This document shows positions 21,775 to 31,556 of a DNA stretch of 64,000 nucleotides, piece by piece (position 1 is the first letter of the stretch; every line of letters begins with the position of its first letter). Made by a program: the position numbers and the translations under genes. The notes under the pieces were generated by a model. It had not been told where the DNA came from, did no database searches, and saw only the letters and a list, made by a program, of their open reading frames with translations. Location: NCBI GenBank assembly GCA_030525795.1, contig JAUNEB010000003.1, forward strand, positions 1,179 to 65,178. Direction: 5' to 3'. This DNA comes from Aerococcaceae bacterium (GTDB lineage: Bacteria; Bacillota; Bacilli; Lactobacillales; Aerococcaceae).

Positions 21775-22137
21775 TTAATTATTTTTTAATTCATCAATTA
21801 CTATAGGAACAATAAATTCTTTATGCTGAGCGGTAAATCCAAATGCTTTTTTTCCACTTCTGACATTTTCTCGAATTTCTTCTTCACTCATAACACTACC
21901 TGGCATCGATAATGTGACCGTGTTCTCTCTTCCTAGCAATGCTATCGCCATCGCTAACGCTCCGCCTCCACCCGTATTGCATGCTCCTATGTAAAAGTCA
22001 GCTTGTCCATTTTTGACGGCCATAGCAGCTTCTAGGTCACTTTTTACCGACACCTCGAATTCTCCTTGACTATATGCTTCCACTAATTTTTTTACTTCAT
22101 CTTTGTCAATTTGTCCACCAACTACAATTTTTTTCAT
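21775..22137 (-). CDS. YhfU/DUF2620 family protein
   Basis: YIGACNTGGGGALAMAIALLG, KKAFGFT. Confidence 0.88.
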   Translation of the reverse strand: MKKIVVGGQIDKDEVKKLVEAYSQGEFEVSVKSDLEAAMAVKNGQADFYIGACNTGGGGALAMAIALLGRENTVTLSMPGSVMSEEEIRENVRSGKKAFGFTAQHKEFIVPIVIDELKNN

Positions 22138-22456
22138 GTATGGTTCAGCTCCTATCCATTCATTTTTTTAGCAAATACACGGCCATTTACATTGGCTCTC
22201 TATCAATCCATAATCTAATTTATCCACCAATAAAACTGCAAGAAGATTATTTTTGGGTGTAAAATTGCACATCTACACGAGTTCTATCGCTATTGATTAA
22301 ATACTATTTTACAAAGATAAATATACGTTTTTTTGTACTTTTATCTATAAAAACATATCCCGCTACAAATCAATACCACCTATTGCAAACACATCCTCTC
22401 TTGAATGTACATTTTTTTGTACTTTTGCACCCCCTAAAAAAACTTGCTTTGAACTT

Positions 22457-22493
22457 ATTATATACCCCCTTCTCCAAAATGTAAACCCTTTTA
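22457..22493 (-). promoter_or_regulatory. Putative sigma-A promoter of the yhf operon with a cre-like site over the -35
   Basis: Minus strand TTTACA-17 bp-TATAAT; TGTAAACCCTTTTA resembles the CcpA cre consensus. Confidence 0.5.
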
Positions 22494-22658
22494 TGAAAAA
22501 TATTCTTTTACTGTTCTTAGTCTATTTTACATTGCTATCTTCCCCATTCCACGAGTTTTTCTATAGAAAAAACTCCAATAAACAACTAAGTTTACTAGAG
22601 TTTTATCGTTACTTATGAAATATGGGCAGAACAGCACCGATACGGCTCTGTTATCTTT

Positions 22659-23576
22659 CTAAGGCAACACATTGCCTGCGCTGCGGTAAATTTCGTACCA
22701 TTCTTCGCGCGTCAATGAAATTTGCGCGCCGGCACACATTGCTTGAATACGCTCAAGGTTCATGCTGCCGATAATTGGTTGCATTGCTGCAGGATGACGC
22801 AACAACCATGCGATGACCATTCCTTCTACTGTCGCAACTTTTTCTTGTGCAAAACGAGCCAACGTTTCCGTCAATGTTTGGTAATCGGGATGATCTTTGA
22901 ACAATCCTTGACTTAAATCCACTTGGAACGGCGACCAAGGTTGCACGGTAATATTTTCTAAGCGACAAAAATCTAACACACCTTCGTCGCGAACGATGCC
23001 TGCTTCATTTTTCATGTTGACATTGAGGCCCGCATCAATCATTGGCGTATGCGCAGGGCCAAATTGTAATTGATTTGCCACAATCGGCACATCCAAATGG
23101 CGTTGCAACAACTGAATTTGGTAAGGATTATGGTTGCTTACCCCAAAATAGCGCACTTTGCCTGATTGGTGTAGTGAATGAAAAGCTTCCGCAACTTCCT
23201 CTGGTTCCATCAGCGCATCTGGACGATGCAACAGCAAGAAGTCCAAATAATCTGTTTGCAAGCGGCTTAAAATGCCTTCAACCGAATGGATAATATGTTC
23301 TTTTGAGAAATCGAAAAATCCTTTACGAATGCCGCATTTTGATTGTAAATAAATGGCATCGCGTGAAATATTCGCGTGTTGTAATCCTTTCGCGAAGACG
23401 ATTTCTGATTGGCCTGCACCGTAAATATCCGCATGGTCAAAAAAGTTCACACCACAATCAATAGAGGTACTCAATACGCGCGCAACTTCTTCCGTTGACA
23501 AAGTTGCCATCCGCATACATCCTAATACAACTTGACTTGCTTGGACATCTGCTTGTCCGATTTTCATTGTTTTCAT
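22659..23576 (-). CDS. Aldo/keto reductase
   Basis: LGCMRM, FDHADIYG, LLLHRPD, GVSN. Confidence 0.93.
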   Translation of the reverse strand: MKTMKIGQADVQASQVVLGCMRMATLSTEEVARVLSTSIDCGVNFFDHADIYGAGQSEIVFAKGLQHANISRDAIYLQSKCGIRKGFFDFSKEHIIHSVEGILSRLQTDYLDFLLLHRPDALMEPEEVAEAFHSLHQSGKVRYFGVSNHNPYQIQLLQRHLDVPIVANQLQFGPAHTPMIDAGLNVNMKNEAGIVRDEGVLDFCRLENITVQPWSPFQVDLSQGLFKDHPDYQTLTETLARFAQEKVATVEGMVIAWLLRHPAAMQPIIGSMNLERIQAMCAGAQISLTREEWYEIYRSAGNVLP

Positions 23577-23578
23577 GA

Positions 23579-25093
23579 TTATTTTCCTTTCAGCATTCCG
23601 GTAATGCCACGCGTCAATACTCGACCGACTTCGCGTCCGACTTGGCTCATCATATTTTTGGTAAAGCGGTCAAACACGCTATCTGTTCTACGCGTGCGGG
23701 ACGTTTCGCGTTCTGCTTCACGTTCTTGGCGTGCTTGTTCTTTTTCGGCTGCTTGCTGACGTTTTTCGATTTCTACCGCTTCTTGTTCTGCTTGCGCTTC
23801 TTCGATAAGGGCTTGTTCTTTTTCTTGGGTCATGGCCAAAATTTGTTCGTGCGCACTTTCGCGGTCAACAGCTTCAGCATATTTTTCCACTAAAGACGAG
23901 TTGTTGACAATCGACAATACGGTTGCGGGATCAATGGTGCCCAACTGGCTTTGCGGTGGATAAATCATCACTGTATCGGCTAAGCTTGGCGTACCGTCTT
24001 CTTGCAACGTTGAAACGACGGCTTGTCCGACTTGCAATTCTTGGATGACTTTCGCCAAATCAGCGCCCGCTTCTTGACGGAAAGTTTCCGCAACGGTCGA
24101 CACGGTTTTTAATTCTTTTGGCGTAAATGCACGCAATCCATGTTGAATGCGATTGCCTAGCTGGCTTGCGATACTATCGGGAATATCGGTTGGATTTTGT
24201 GTGACAAAAAAGACGCCAACACCTTTAGAGCGAATCAAACGGACAATTAGTTCGATTTTTTCAAGTAACACTTTTGGTGCATCTTTGAATAACACGTGTG
24301 CTTCATCGAAGAAGAAGACTAATTTTGGTTGCGTGACGTCGCCGACTTCTGGCAACATTTCGTATAATTCGGACAACAACGCCAATAACACGGTTGAGTA
24401 AAGTGTTGGCTGATTGAATAATTGTGTCGCATCTAATACGTTGATGACGCCTTTTCCAGACGCGTCAACGCGCATCAAGTCCGCAATGTCTAAACTTGGC
24501 TCGCTGAAAAAGAACTTGCCTCCTTGCTGTTCGATAACCACTAAACTTCGCAAAATGGCACCTACTGAACGCGCAGGAATATTGCCGTAATATTTGCTTA
24601 ATTCTTCCGCATTTTCGGCTACATAATTCAACATCGCGCGCAAATCCATTAAGTCAATCAATAATAATCCGCGTTCATCTGCCACGCTGAACACAATATT
24701 CAAAATACTTTCTTGTGTTTCATTTAAGCCCAATAATCGCGTCAACAACACGGGTCCCATTTCTGAAATCGTCATGCGAATCGGCGTGCCTTTTTCGCCC
24801 AAAACATCCCACAATTCTACGGGAAAGGCTTGTGGTTCATACGCTTCGTAGTGCGTTTGCGCCAAGCGCTCTGCGTCAATTTCTTGCGTGTTTGCTTGTG
24901 CTAAGCTCGTCAAATCACCTTTAATATCCGATAGAAAAACAGGAATTCCTGCCGAACTTAATTGTTCCGCCAACACTTTGAGCGTGACTGTTTTGCCTGT
25001 TCCTGTTGCGCCTGCGATGATGCCGTGGCGATTCAACTTGCTAAGCGGAATCGTCGCTTCTTTTGTACCGTACCCAAATTTCAACATTGACAT
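23579..25093 (-). CDS. HerA-like ATPase (DUF853/YjgR family)
   Basis: NRHGIIAGATGTGKT, FFFDEAH, IRSKGVGVFFVTQNP; start at MSMLK behind GGAGG. Confidence 0.9.
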   Translation of the reverse strand: MSMLKFGYGTKEATIPLSKLNRHGIIAGATGTGKTVTLKVLAEQLSSAGIPVFLSDIKGDLTSLAQANTQEIDAERLAQTHYEAYEPQAFPVELWDVLGEKGTPIRMTISEMGPVLLTRLLGLNETQESILNIVFSVADERGLLLIDLMDLRAMLNYVAENAEELSKYYGNIPARSVGAILRSLVVIEQQGGKFFFSEPSLDIADLMRVDASGKGVINVLDATQLFNQPTLYSTVLLALLSELYEMLPEVGDVTQPKLVFFFDEAHVLFKDAPKVLLEKIELIVRLIRSKGVGVFFVTQNPTDIPDSIASQLGNRIQHGLRAFTPKELKTVSTVAETFRQEAGADLAKVIQELQVGQAVVSTLQEDGTPSLADTVMIYPPQSQLGTIDPATVLSIVNNSSLVEKYAEAVDRESAHEQILAMTQEKEQALIEEAQAEQEAVEIEKRQQAAEKEQARQEREAERETSRTRRTDSVFDRFTKNMMSQVGREVGRVLTRGITGMLKGK

Positions 25094-25184
25094 TGTGATG
25101 TCCTCCTTGTATGATATTAGTTTTATTTTATCATATCTTTTCCAAATAAAAAACACTTACATCGCGTAAGTGTTTCGGATTATT

Positions 25185-26021
25185 TTAACTGAGGCGACGC
25201 AAAGGCGTGGCGATATCGGGGTCTGTCATATGCAGTTTGAAGTCCCGATTGACGCCCAAATCATGTTCCGTCAAAATGCGTTCCATCGCTTCCATCGCTA
25301 ATTCTTTCGTATTATTTTCGCGACTTAAATGCCCTAAATAAACATGTTTCGTTTGATTCCCGATGAGATCAACCATCGCTAACGCGCCATCTTCGTTGCT
25401 TAAATGCCCTTTGTCGCCTAAAATGCGTTGTTTGACCGACCAAGGATAGTTGCCGTAGCGTAACATTTCGATTTCGTGGTTACTTTCGATTAAGTAAGCG
25501 GTCGCGTTTTTGAGTTGGCTTCGCAAGCGGTCGCTCACGTAACCCGTGTCTGTTAACATCACGAATTGTGCCGAACCTTTTTGGAAAGCGTAAAATTGTG
25601 GTTGCGCGGCATCGTGGCTCACATTGTAACTTACGATGTCCAAATCGCCCAAAGTAAGCAACTGCTCTGGCTCGATATAACGGCGATTTTCAGACGGAAT
25701 CTCGCCAATCATCGATTCCATCGCGCGCCACGTATTCGCATTCGCATACACAGGCACATTGTATTTGCGTGACAAAACGCCAACGCCGTGAATGTGGTCT
25801 TTATGCTCGTGCGTCACAAAAATTGCATCTAACTGATTCATATCGCGATCAATTTGCGTCAATAATTGTTCTAATTTTCTGCCACTTAATCCTGCGTCGA
25901 TAAGAACGCGTTGTTTCGGCGTTTCCACATACGTACAGTTTCCGCTACTTCCGCTCGCCAAAATAGAAAACTGCAACGCATCGGTAGCATTTTTTACAGA
26001 TTGTATAAAAGGATTGTGCAT
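25185..26021 (-). CDS. walJ: MBL-fold metallo-hydrolase, WalJ/YycJ-like
   Basis: LASGSSGN, THEHKDH, SHDAA, ESNH, GHLSN, HLSRENN. Confidence 0.85.
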   Translation of the reverse strand: MHNPFIQSVKNATDALQFSILASGSSGNCTYVETPKQRVLIDAGLSGRKLEQLLTQIDRDMNQLDAIFVTHEHKDHIHGVGVLSRKYNVPVYANANTWRAMESMIGEIPSENRRYIEPEQLLTLGDLDIVSYNVSHDAAQPQFYAFQKGSAQFVMLTDTGYVSDRLRSQLKNATAYLIESNHEIEMLRYGNYPWSVKQRILGDKGHLSNEDGALAMVDLIGNQTKHVYLGHLSRENNTKELAMEAMERILTEHDLGVNRDFKLHMTDPDIATPLRRLS

Positions 26022-26047
26022 ACTATTCTACTTTCTATTTGATTTTT

Positions 26048-27931
26048 TTAGAAGCCGCCTGACCCTGAGCCGCCGCCTGATGAACCAGACGAACCACCAG
26101 AAAAGCCGCCACCAAAACCACCACGATTATTCCCTGAATAGTCAACTTTAGGCATGCTTGCACTCAATGAGGAGGCAACCGAATGATTCATCGTATGCGT
26201 ATAAAAATTCGGGCTATAGTAATAATGGCGTCCTTGCGCCCACGCATCTAATTCGCCTTGTGTAAATTGTACATTCATCGCTTCAATAACTTTATCCGCG
26301 ACGCCTAGCGAAATAGCATACACTAAATACTCATCCCACAGCTCCAACGAGCCAATTTCTCGCATATTCAACTGCCCAATATCACGCAACATATTAGCAA
26401 AACCAAGCCATTCTTGACGCAATTCGTATTCTTTTGCAGATACAATCGGTTTAAATATGGATAATAAGAATACAACTAACAAAACAATCTGGATGACTAC
26501 AGCTAAGCCGACAACCCCGTTAATTGCCCAATTTAAGCCACTCATCTTCAAAAAGACAAGCGCAAACAACGTCAATACAATATTAATAAAGAACGCCGCT
26601 CCCAATAACACTCTTGAAAAAATACGTGTGTAAAATGCTGGCTGACTCAACTGTTCGCCTTTAAGTGACGCGTTGTTTTCAAACTTTTCCCACAAAATTT
26701 CTTGGCGGCGAGCAATGGTGCTATCTTCTTGCGCTCTTTCTGTCAATGTTTCCAAAGTAATCGGCGTGTCAAATGTCACATACTCCCAAACCGCATACTC
26801 ATGCTTTTGCAATTCTGATAGGTTCGGCTTTGAGTCCGGCACTTTAATCAACACCGTTTTGCCATTACTTTGCCCAAAAAAGCCGCGTTTTTCTTTGAAA
26901 ACTTCTTCTAATTCTAAGTAACCTTTTCGCGCTAAGTCGACAATTGTCGCCGAAAAGTCAGCTGCATTCGGTTTGTGACGCAACGCCGCACACGCCATCA
27001 CAGCTGGCGTAATATCTGCGGGCAATGAATAAATATGGTGCGGATATTGTTTTGGATTCGGATTTAATTTGCGTCTTTGTGTGAAATAATAAGCAATCGC
27101 ACCGAAAGGCATCAACAATAGTAACAGCACACTGCCTAAACCTTGTAACTGATAACGTTGTTGCTTTTGCGCGAGGCGTTTGGCATCTTCTTCGACAATG
27201 CCTGCTTCTCGTTCAATCATGGCGTCCTTGTGCATTTCAGCCACAACATTCGGATTGTTCGGCGTCATACTCGTCGGAAAAAGCATATGCACCGCAACGG
27301 ATTGATGTGGCGGATTGTTCGGCGCAGTTAATTGTACAACGCTTTTGCCATTTTCGACAAGCAACGTAACTTCCCCTTGCGGCACGCCATATCCCCAAGC
27401 ACGCAAATCTTCTTGAACGACCACTTCACCAGGCAAAATAACTTTAGCTTCTACATCAAAAAAATCATTCGTTGCTTCACCCACTAATTTCCGTTCAAAA
27501 ACAGCCGTGTCTTGATAATTGATGACCATTCCTTGCAACGTATATTCGTAAACAAAGGTTACATATTCTTCCTCACTCGGATAATACACTTTGAACGTCG
27601 TCTGTTCCCCTTGCGTATTTACTTGAAAGGTACGCGCACTTCCGTCATACGCTTCCGTCAAATAATCAACAGCGCCAGTCGTTTCATTCACAATGCCCAC
27701 ACGATAACTTTGGAGTTCGTATCCGCGATGATCTAGCTTAAAAAATGCCCCATTCATAAACGTTACATCATAAAATTGTTTATCTGTAAACTTAACATTC
27801 CCGCTCGCTTGAATTTCAGTAACGACTTCTTGACGCGTAATATCAAACTCAACTTCTTGCGCCATAACCGTATAAGGTAACAACAACCACAACAAGCTCA
27901 TAACGGTACATAATCGCTTCATATATTTCAT
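26048..27931 (-). CDS. DUF2207 domain membrane protein
   Basis: Signal peptide, ATIVDLARKGYL, YLVYAISLGV, Gly-rich C-terminus. Confidence 0.85.
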   Translation of the reverse strand: MKYMKRLCTVMSLLWLLLPYTVMAQEVEFDITRQEVVTEIQASGNVKFTDKQFYDVTFMNGAFFKLDHRGYELQSYRVGIVNETTGAVDYLTEAYDGSARTFQVNTQGEQTTFKVYYPSEEEYVTFVYEYTLQGMVINYQDTAVFERKLVGEATNDFFDVEAKVILPGEVVVQEDLRAWGYGVPQGEVTLLVENGKSVVQLTAPNNPPHQSVAVHMLFPTSMTPNNPNVVAEMHKDAMIEREAGIVEEDAKRLAQKQQRYQLQGLGSVLLLLLMPFGAIAYYFTQRRKLNPNPKQYPHHIYSLPADITPAVMACAALRHKPNAADFSATIVDLARKGYLELEEVFKEKRGFFGQSNGKTVLIKVPDSKPNLSELQKHEYAVWEYVTFDTPITLETLTERAQEDSTIARRQEILWEKFENNASLKGEQLSQPAFYTRIFSRVLLGAAFFINIVLTLFALVFLKMSGLNWAINGVVGLAVVIQIVLLVVFLLSIFKPIVSAKEYELRQEWLGFANMLRDIGQLNMREIGSLELWDEYLVYAISLGVADKVIEAMNVQFTQGELDAWAQGRHYYYSPNFYTHTMNHSVASSLSASMPKVDYSGNNRGGFGGGFSGGSSGSSGGGSGSGGF

Positions 27932-28062
27932 CCCGCAGCCCCCTTTTCACTTCTGTCCTTTCTATTGTAACAGCAATGGCGCATTAAATACACTCTAAAT
28001 CCTTATTTTTTGTAAAAAAAATTTTTTAATATAAAAAAACTGTCTGCTTTTGAGCAAACAGT

Positions 28063-29457
28063 TTAATACACAATAACGGGCATGCCGTAATACACTAAAT
28101 CGAATACTTCTCCCATCAACGCCGGTGGCGTATTCACGCAACCAAGCGAACCATTTTCCAAATAGGCAGTTCCCCCAAAATAAGGTTGCCACTTCGCATC
28201 ATGAATACCTTGCCCTGTATCATCAAACGCAATCCAATAATCTACAGGCTGCTCGTAATCTCGATTATGGACATGATCATATCCCGTCAAAATCGACGGC
28301 GATTCTTTATTCCATACTTGATACGCACCAGGAACAGTAGGCGCTCCTGATTGCCCTGTCACCACAGCTGTTTGGAAGACTAATTCACCATCCAAATAAA
28401 TGAACATGGTTTGGTTCGTAATGTCCACTTCAACATAGCTGCTCCCAATATCTTGCGCTAGCCCGTAGCCCGTACCGCCGATACTTGGCTCACGTGTTGC
28501 GTTGCGCTGCGCTACCAAGTCTTCTTTAATCGCACTAGCTTCATCTTTCGTATTGATATACCACCCGTAAGTCCCGGGTTCGACGGTCACTAAGCCTTGA
28601 TATGTACTTTGAAACTCACGACGCCGAAAAACACTCGCATATTCACGATTGACACCTGACAAATATTCTTGAATAAGCGTTTCATCGACACTAATTTCTC
28701 CCGAATCAGAAACGACAATCCAACTTGCAATGGCACTTTTTGGGAGAGTGAGCGTCTGCCCATCAAATGTTAGCGTAATTTGCGTTTGTTGGATTTTTTC
28801 GATTGCATTGAATTGATCGAGTAGCGTCTTGTCTGTGGCTATTTGCTTTGGTTGAATGTATGCTTGTTTCAAATCAAAAACACGTTCTTGATTAAAAAAG
28901 GCTCGCGCAAGTGCTGCCGATAACGATTGATTATCCACTTGTTGTCCGTACACTTCGGGTTGAATGAAGTAGCCTTTTGCTTCATCGCGCACCAATGTTG
29001 CCGGGACGGCTTCTTGACGTTTTTGATTATCAATGCCAAGTGCTTGTTGCAATCCTCCCAACATTGCTTCATCAAAAGTCAGCCGTTTTTCTAAATCGGC
29101 AGAACTCGAAAACGTACCGAACAGCGCCAACGGCCACGAAAAAGCGGACTGCTCATTCAACAGGCGTTCCAATTCCGTCTTCAACTCAACTTTCGCATTC
29201 AAATCGTTCAACTGAAGGACACCGTAAGACTTTTCTGACTCTACTAATTCGATTTGATACGACGCAAGCTGTTTTTCTAGATGCTCATTGGCAGACGCCA
29301 CCGACATTCCGCCGATGCGTTGCTGGTTGAGTGCACGATTCGGCAAAAAATGTGACTGAAAATAAAGCACGCCAATCAAATAAATGCCAATTAACGCCAA
29401 TAAACTTGCTATACTGTACCGAACTCTCGGCATTCCTAACCATTTTTTCATTGACAA
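28063..29457 (-). CDS. L,D-transpeptidase (Ldtfm-like, YkuD domain)
   Basis: N-terminal anchor, YVEVDITNQ, VVTG, HDAKWQ...GSLGCVNTPP. Confidence 0.88.
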   Translation of the reverse strand: MSMKKWLGMPRVRYSIASLLALIGIYLIGVLYFQSHFLPNRALNQQRIGGMSVASANEHLEKQLASYQIELVESEKSYGVLQLNDLNAKVELKTELERLLNEQSAFSWPLALFGTFSSSADLEKRLTFDEAMLGGLQQALGIDNQKRQEAVPATLVRDEAKGYFIQPEVYGQQVDNQSLSAALARAFFNQERVFDLKQAYIQPKQIATDKTLLDQFNAIEKIQQTQITLTFDGQTLTLPKSAIASWIVVSDSGEISVDETLIQEYLSGVNREYASVFRRREFQSTYQGLVTVEPGTYGWYINTKDEASAIKEDLVAQRNATREPSIGGTGYGLAQDIGSSYVEVDITNQTMFIYLDGELVFQTAVVTGQSGAPTVPGAYQVWNKESPSILTGYDHVHNRDYEQPVDYWIAFDDTGQGIHDAKWQPYFGGTAYLENGSLGCVNTPPALMGEVFDLVYYGMPVIVY

Positions 29458-29466
29458 TCGCTCCCT

Positions 29467-29916
29467 TTAATTATTGAAAAACAATTGTTGCACAAATTTT
29501 TGCTCTGCTTCAATCGAATCAGGACAGTTCCCATAATTCACATGTTCGCCTAGGGTATTCCAGCCGCACATAAAGCGTTGCCCCGCCTCGCCGTATTCCA
29601 CCGTAAAATACGCCTGCTGCGAACAAGCTTGATTGAACACCATATAAATCCGAAAACATTGCGGGACCTCTGACGGCTGAGGCATCGTCACACATATCGC
29701 GTAATAATCCTCTCGAATTTGCAACAACTCAACTGTATAATCTGATGACTGATACGCATATTCCACCTCTAACTCTTGGCACACATCTCGCATCATCAGT
29801 GCCAATAACGTTGCTTGCTGTTGCATTAGCGCTCCCAAAAATTCTTGCTTATCTTGAAAAAAATAGTGCGGCAACACTTTATGTTCAAATATATATCGCG
29901 CTCTATCTAAAATCAT
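29467..29916 (-). CDS. Hypothetical protein
   Basis: Intact 149-aa ORF with RBS, upstream of the Ldt gene. Confidence 0.7.
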   Translation of the reverse strand: MILDRARYIFEHKVLPHYFFQDKQEFLGALMQQQATLLALMMRDVCQELEVEYAYQSSDYTVELLQIREDYYAICVTMPQPSEVPQCFRIYMVFNQACSQQAYFTVEYGEAGQRFMCGWNTLGEHVNYGNCPDSIEAEQKFVQQLFFNN

Positions 29917-29984
29917 AAATTATTCCACCCTTCACTTTATAGTTTACAAGGCTTCGCATCCAAAGTCAACTGTCCCATACAATA

Positions 29985-30012
29985 AAAAAAGCTAGAACAC
30001 TTGTCCTAGCTT
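29985..30012 (-). terminator. Terminator after rplT
   Basis: AAAAAAAGCTAG...CTAGCTT hairpin. Confidence 0.7.
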
Positions 30013-30021
30013 ATCCATCCA

Positions 30022-30378
30022 TTATGCTAATGCTTTTTTAGCTTGTTCTGCTAATGCAGTAAATGCTGCTGCATCGTGAACTGCTAAATCTGCTAACATT
30101 TTACGGTTTACTTCGATGCCTGCTTTTTTCAAGCCGTTCATCAATACTGAGTAGCTCAATCCGTTCATACGAGCTGCTGCGTTAATACGTGTAATCCATA
30201 AACGACGGAAATCACGTTTTTTCTGACGACGGTCACGGTAAGCATACATGTAAGATTTCATTACAGCTTGTTTTGCTGTTTTGAATAATGTATGTTTTGA
30301 ACCGTAGTAACCTTTTGCTAATTTTAATGTACGTTTACGACGTTGACGTGTAACGTATCCACCTTTAACACGTGGCAT
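30022..30378 (-). CDS. rplT: 50S ribosomal protein L20
   Basis: MPRVKGG...[21 protein letters not shown]. Confidence 0.98.
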   Translation of the reverse strand: MPRVKGGYVTRQRRKRTLKLAKGYYGSKHTLFKTAKQAVMKSYMYAYRDRRQKKRDFRRLWITRINAAARMNGLSYSVLMNGLKKAGIEVNRKMLADLAVHDAAAFTALAEQAKKALA

Positions 30379-30404
30379 AATAATTCCTCCTTAAAAAATA
30401 TCGA

Positions 30405-30602
30405 TTATAACGCTGCTAATTGTTGTTTAATACGTTTTTGGTCGGTTGCGTGTACTAAACCAGCTTTACGCAAGTGACGTTTTTGTTTAGTGGTTTTTCC
30501 TGGCGCTAAATGGCTACGGTATGCTTTCGCACGTTTTAATTTACCTGAAGCTGTTTTCTTAACGCGTTTTGCTAATCCACGGTGAGTTTTTTGTTTTGGC
30601 AT
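30405..30602 (-). CDS. rpmI: 50S ribosomal protein L35
   Basis: [17 protein letters not shown]. Confidence 0.98.
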   Translation of the reverse strand: MPKQKTHRGLAKRVKKTASGKLKRAKAYRSHLAPGKTTKQKRHLRKAGLVHATDQKRIKQQLAAL

Positions 30603-30620
30603 GATAGTTCCTCCTATATG

Positions 30621-31145
30621 TTAGTCTTTTTGGTTAGACGGTAGCGGCGCCAATAAGATAAACATGCTACGTCCTTCCATTTTTGGTTTTGCTTCAACGG
30701 TGGATACTTCTTTAGTATCTTCAATGAAGTCTTCCAAAACGTCTTGCCCTAACTCTTTGTGCGTAATGGCACGGCCTCTAAAGCGAATGGTCGCTTTGAC
30801 TTTGTCACCACTTTCCAAAAATTTAATCGCATGACGTAATTTAGTTTGATAATCATGGTCTTCGATTCCCGGACTTAAACGCACTTCTTTAACAGTGACA
30901 ATCTTTTGATTTTTACGCTGTTCTTTTTCTTTCTTTTGCATTTCGTAACGGTACTTGCCGTAGTCCATAATTTTTGCAACGGGTGGCTTGGCTTGTGGTG
31001 ATACTAATACTAAGTCCAATCCGAAAGATTCCGCGATGGTCAATGCGTCGTTGAGTGATTTAACACCTAATTGTTCGCCATTGTCGCCAATGACACGAAG
31101 TTCTTTTGCTCGGATGTCCTCGTTAATCATCATTTCTTTAACGAT
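30621..31145 (-). CDS. infC: Translation initiation factor IF-3 (non-canonical ATC start likely)
   Basis: [28 protein letters not shown]; GGAGGT RBS is correctly spaced to ATC at 31145. Confidence 0.96.
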   Translation of the reverse strand: MVKEMMINEDIRAKELRVIGDNGEQLGVKSLNDALTIAESFGLDLVLVSPQAKPPVAKIMDYGKYRYEMQKKEKEQRKNQKIVTVKEVRLSPGIEDHDYQTKLRHAIKFLESGDKVKATIRFRGRAITHKELGQDVLEDFIEDTKEVSTVEAKPKMEGRSMFILLAPLPSNQKD

Positions 31146-31177
31146 GGGTTCCACCTCCTGGTTGATGTGCAAGATAA

Positions 31178-31305
31178 CAAAATAAAAAGCGTGTTTATGA
31201 CATAAACGCGCCGTTTGAATACAGAATGCTCCGACTAGAAGCTCTCTCTATTGGCCAATGTACTCGTGTACTTGGCGAGAAACGGCAGTTTCTACTTGTT
31301 TTCTC
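31178..31305 (-). ncRNA. L20 leader (ribosomal protein autoregulatory RNA with terminator)
   Basis: Minus strand AAGTAGAAACTGCCGTTTCTCGCC... followed by a GCGTTTATG/CATAAACACGC hairpin and U-tract upstream of infC. Confidence 0.75.
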
Positions 31306-31316
31306 AACTAAACTCT

Positions 31317-31345
31317 ATCATACACTATATGGCAGACAAAAGCAA
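31317..31345 (-). promoter_or_regulatory. infC operon sigma-A promoter
   Basis: TTGCTT-17 bp-TATGAT just upstream of the L20 leader. Confidence 0.65.
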
Positions 31346-31458
31346 GAAAAATCTTTGCCTAGTGTGTGTCTGAAATTTAGTTAGGTATAAATACCCCCGT
31401 CAGATAATGGAAAAATCATGCGTATTTAAGGTGTAAATTTAACTCATTTGATATAAAT

Positions 31459-31487
31459 ATTATATCAAATTTATATCTTTTTTGCAA
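31459..31487 (-). promoter_or_regulatory. Outward-facing promoter at the element end, overlapped by a palindrome
   Basis: TTGCAA-17 bp-(TGa)TATAAT; palindrome ATTTGATATAA-ata-TTATATCAAAT at 31446-31470. Confidence 0.6.
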
Positions 31488-31556
31488 GTCAAATAGCCCT
31501 TAAAAACATAAAAAATTTTAAGGGTTTATGCTGGAAAATCGAGTAATTTCAAGGAT

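Noticed and set aside
22074-22484. Two plus-strand 62-63 aa ORFs upstream of yhfU
   Set aside because: AT-rich regulatory region, no RBS, composition typical of non-coding DNA.
233-31185. Many short antisense or alternate-frame ORFs in the track overlapping housekeeping genes
   Set aside because: They are shadows of well-supported genes, with no RBS or recognisable motifs.
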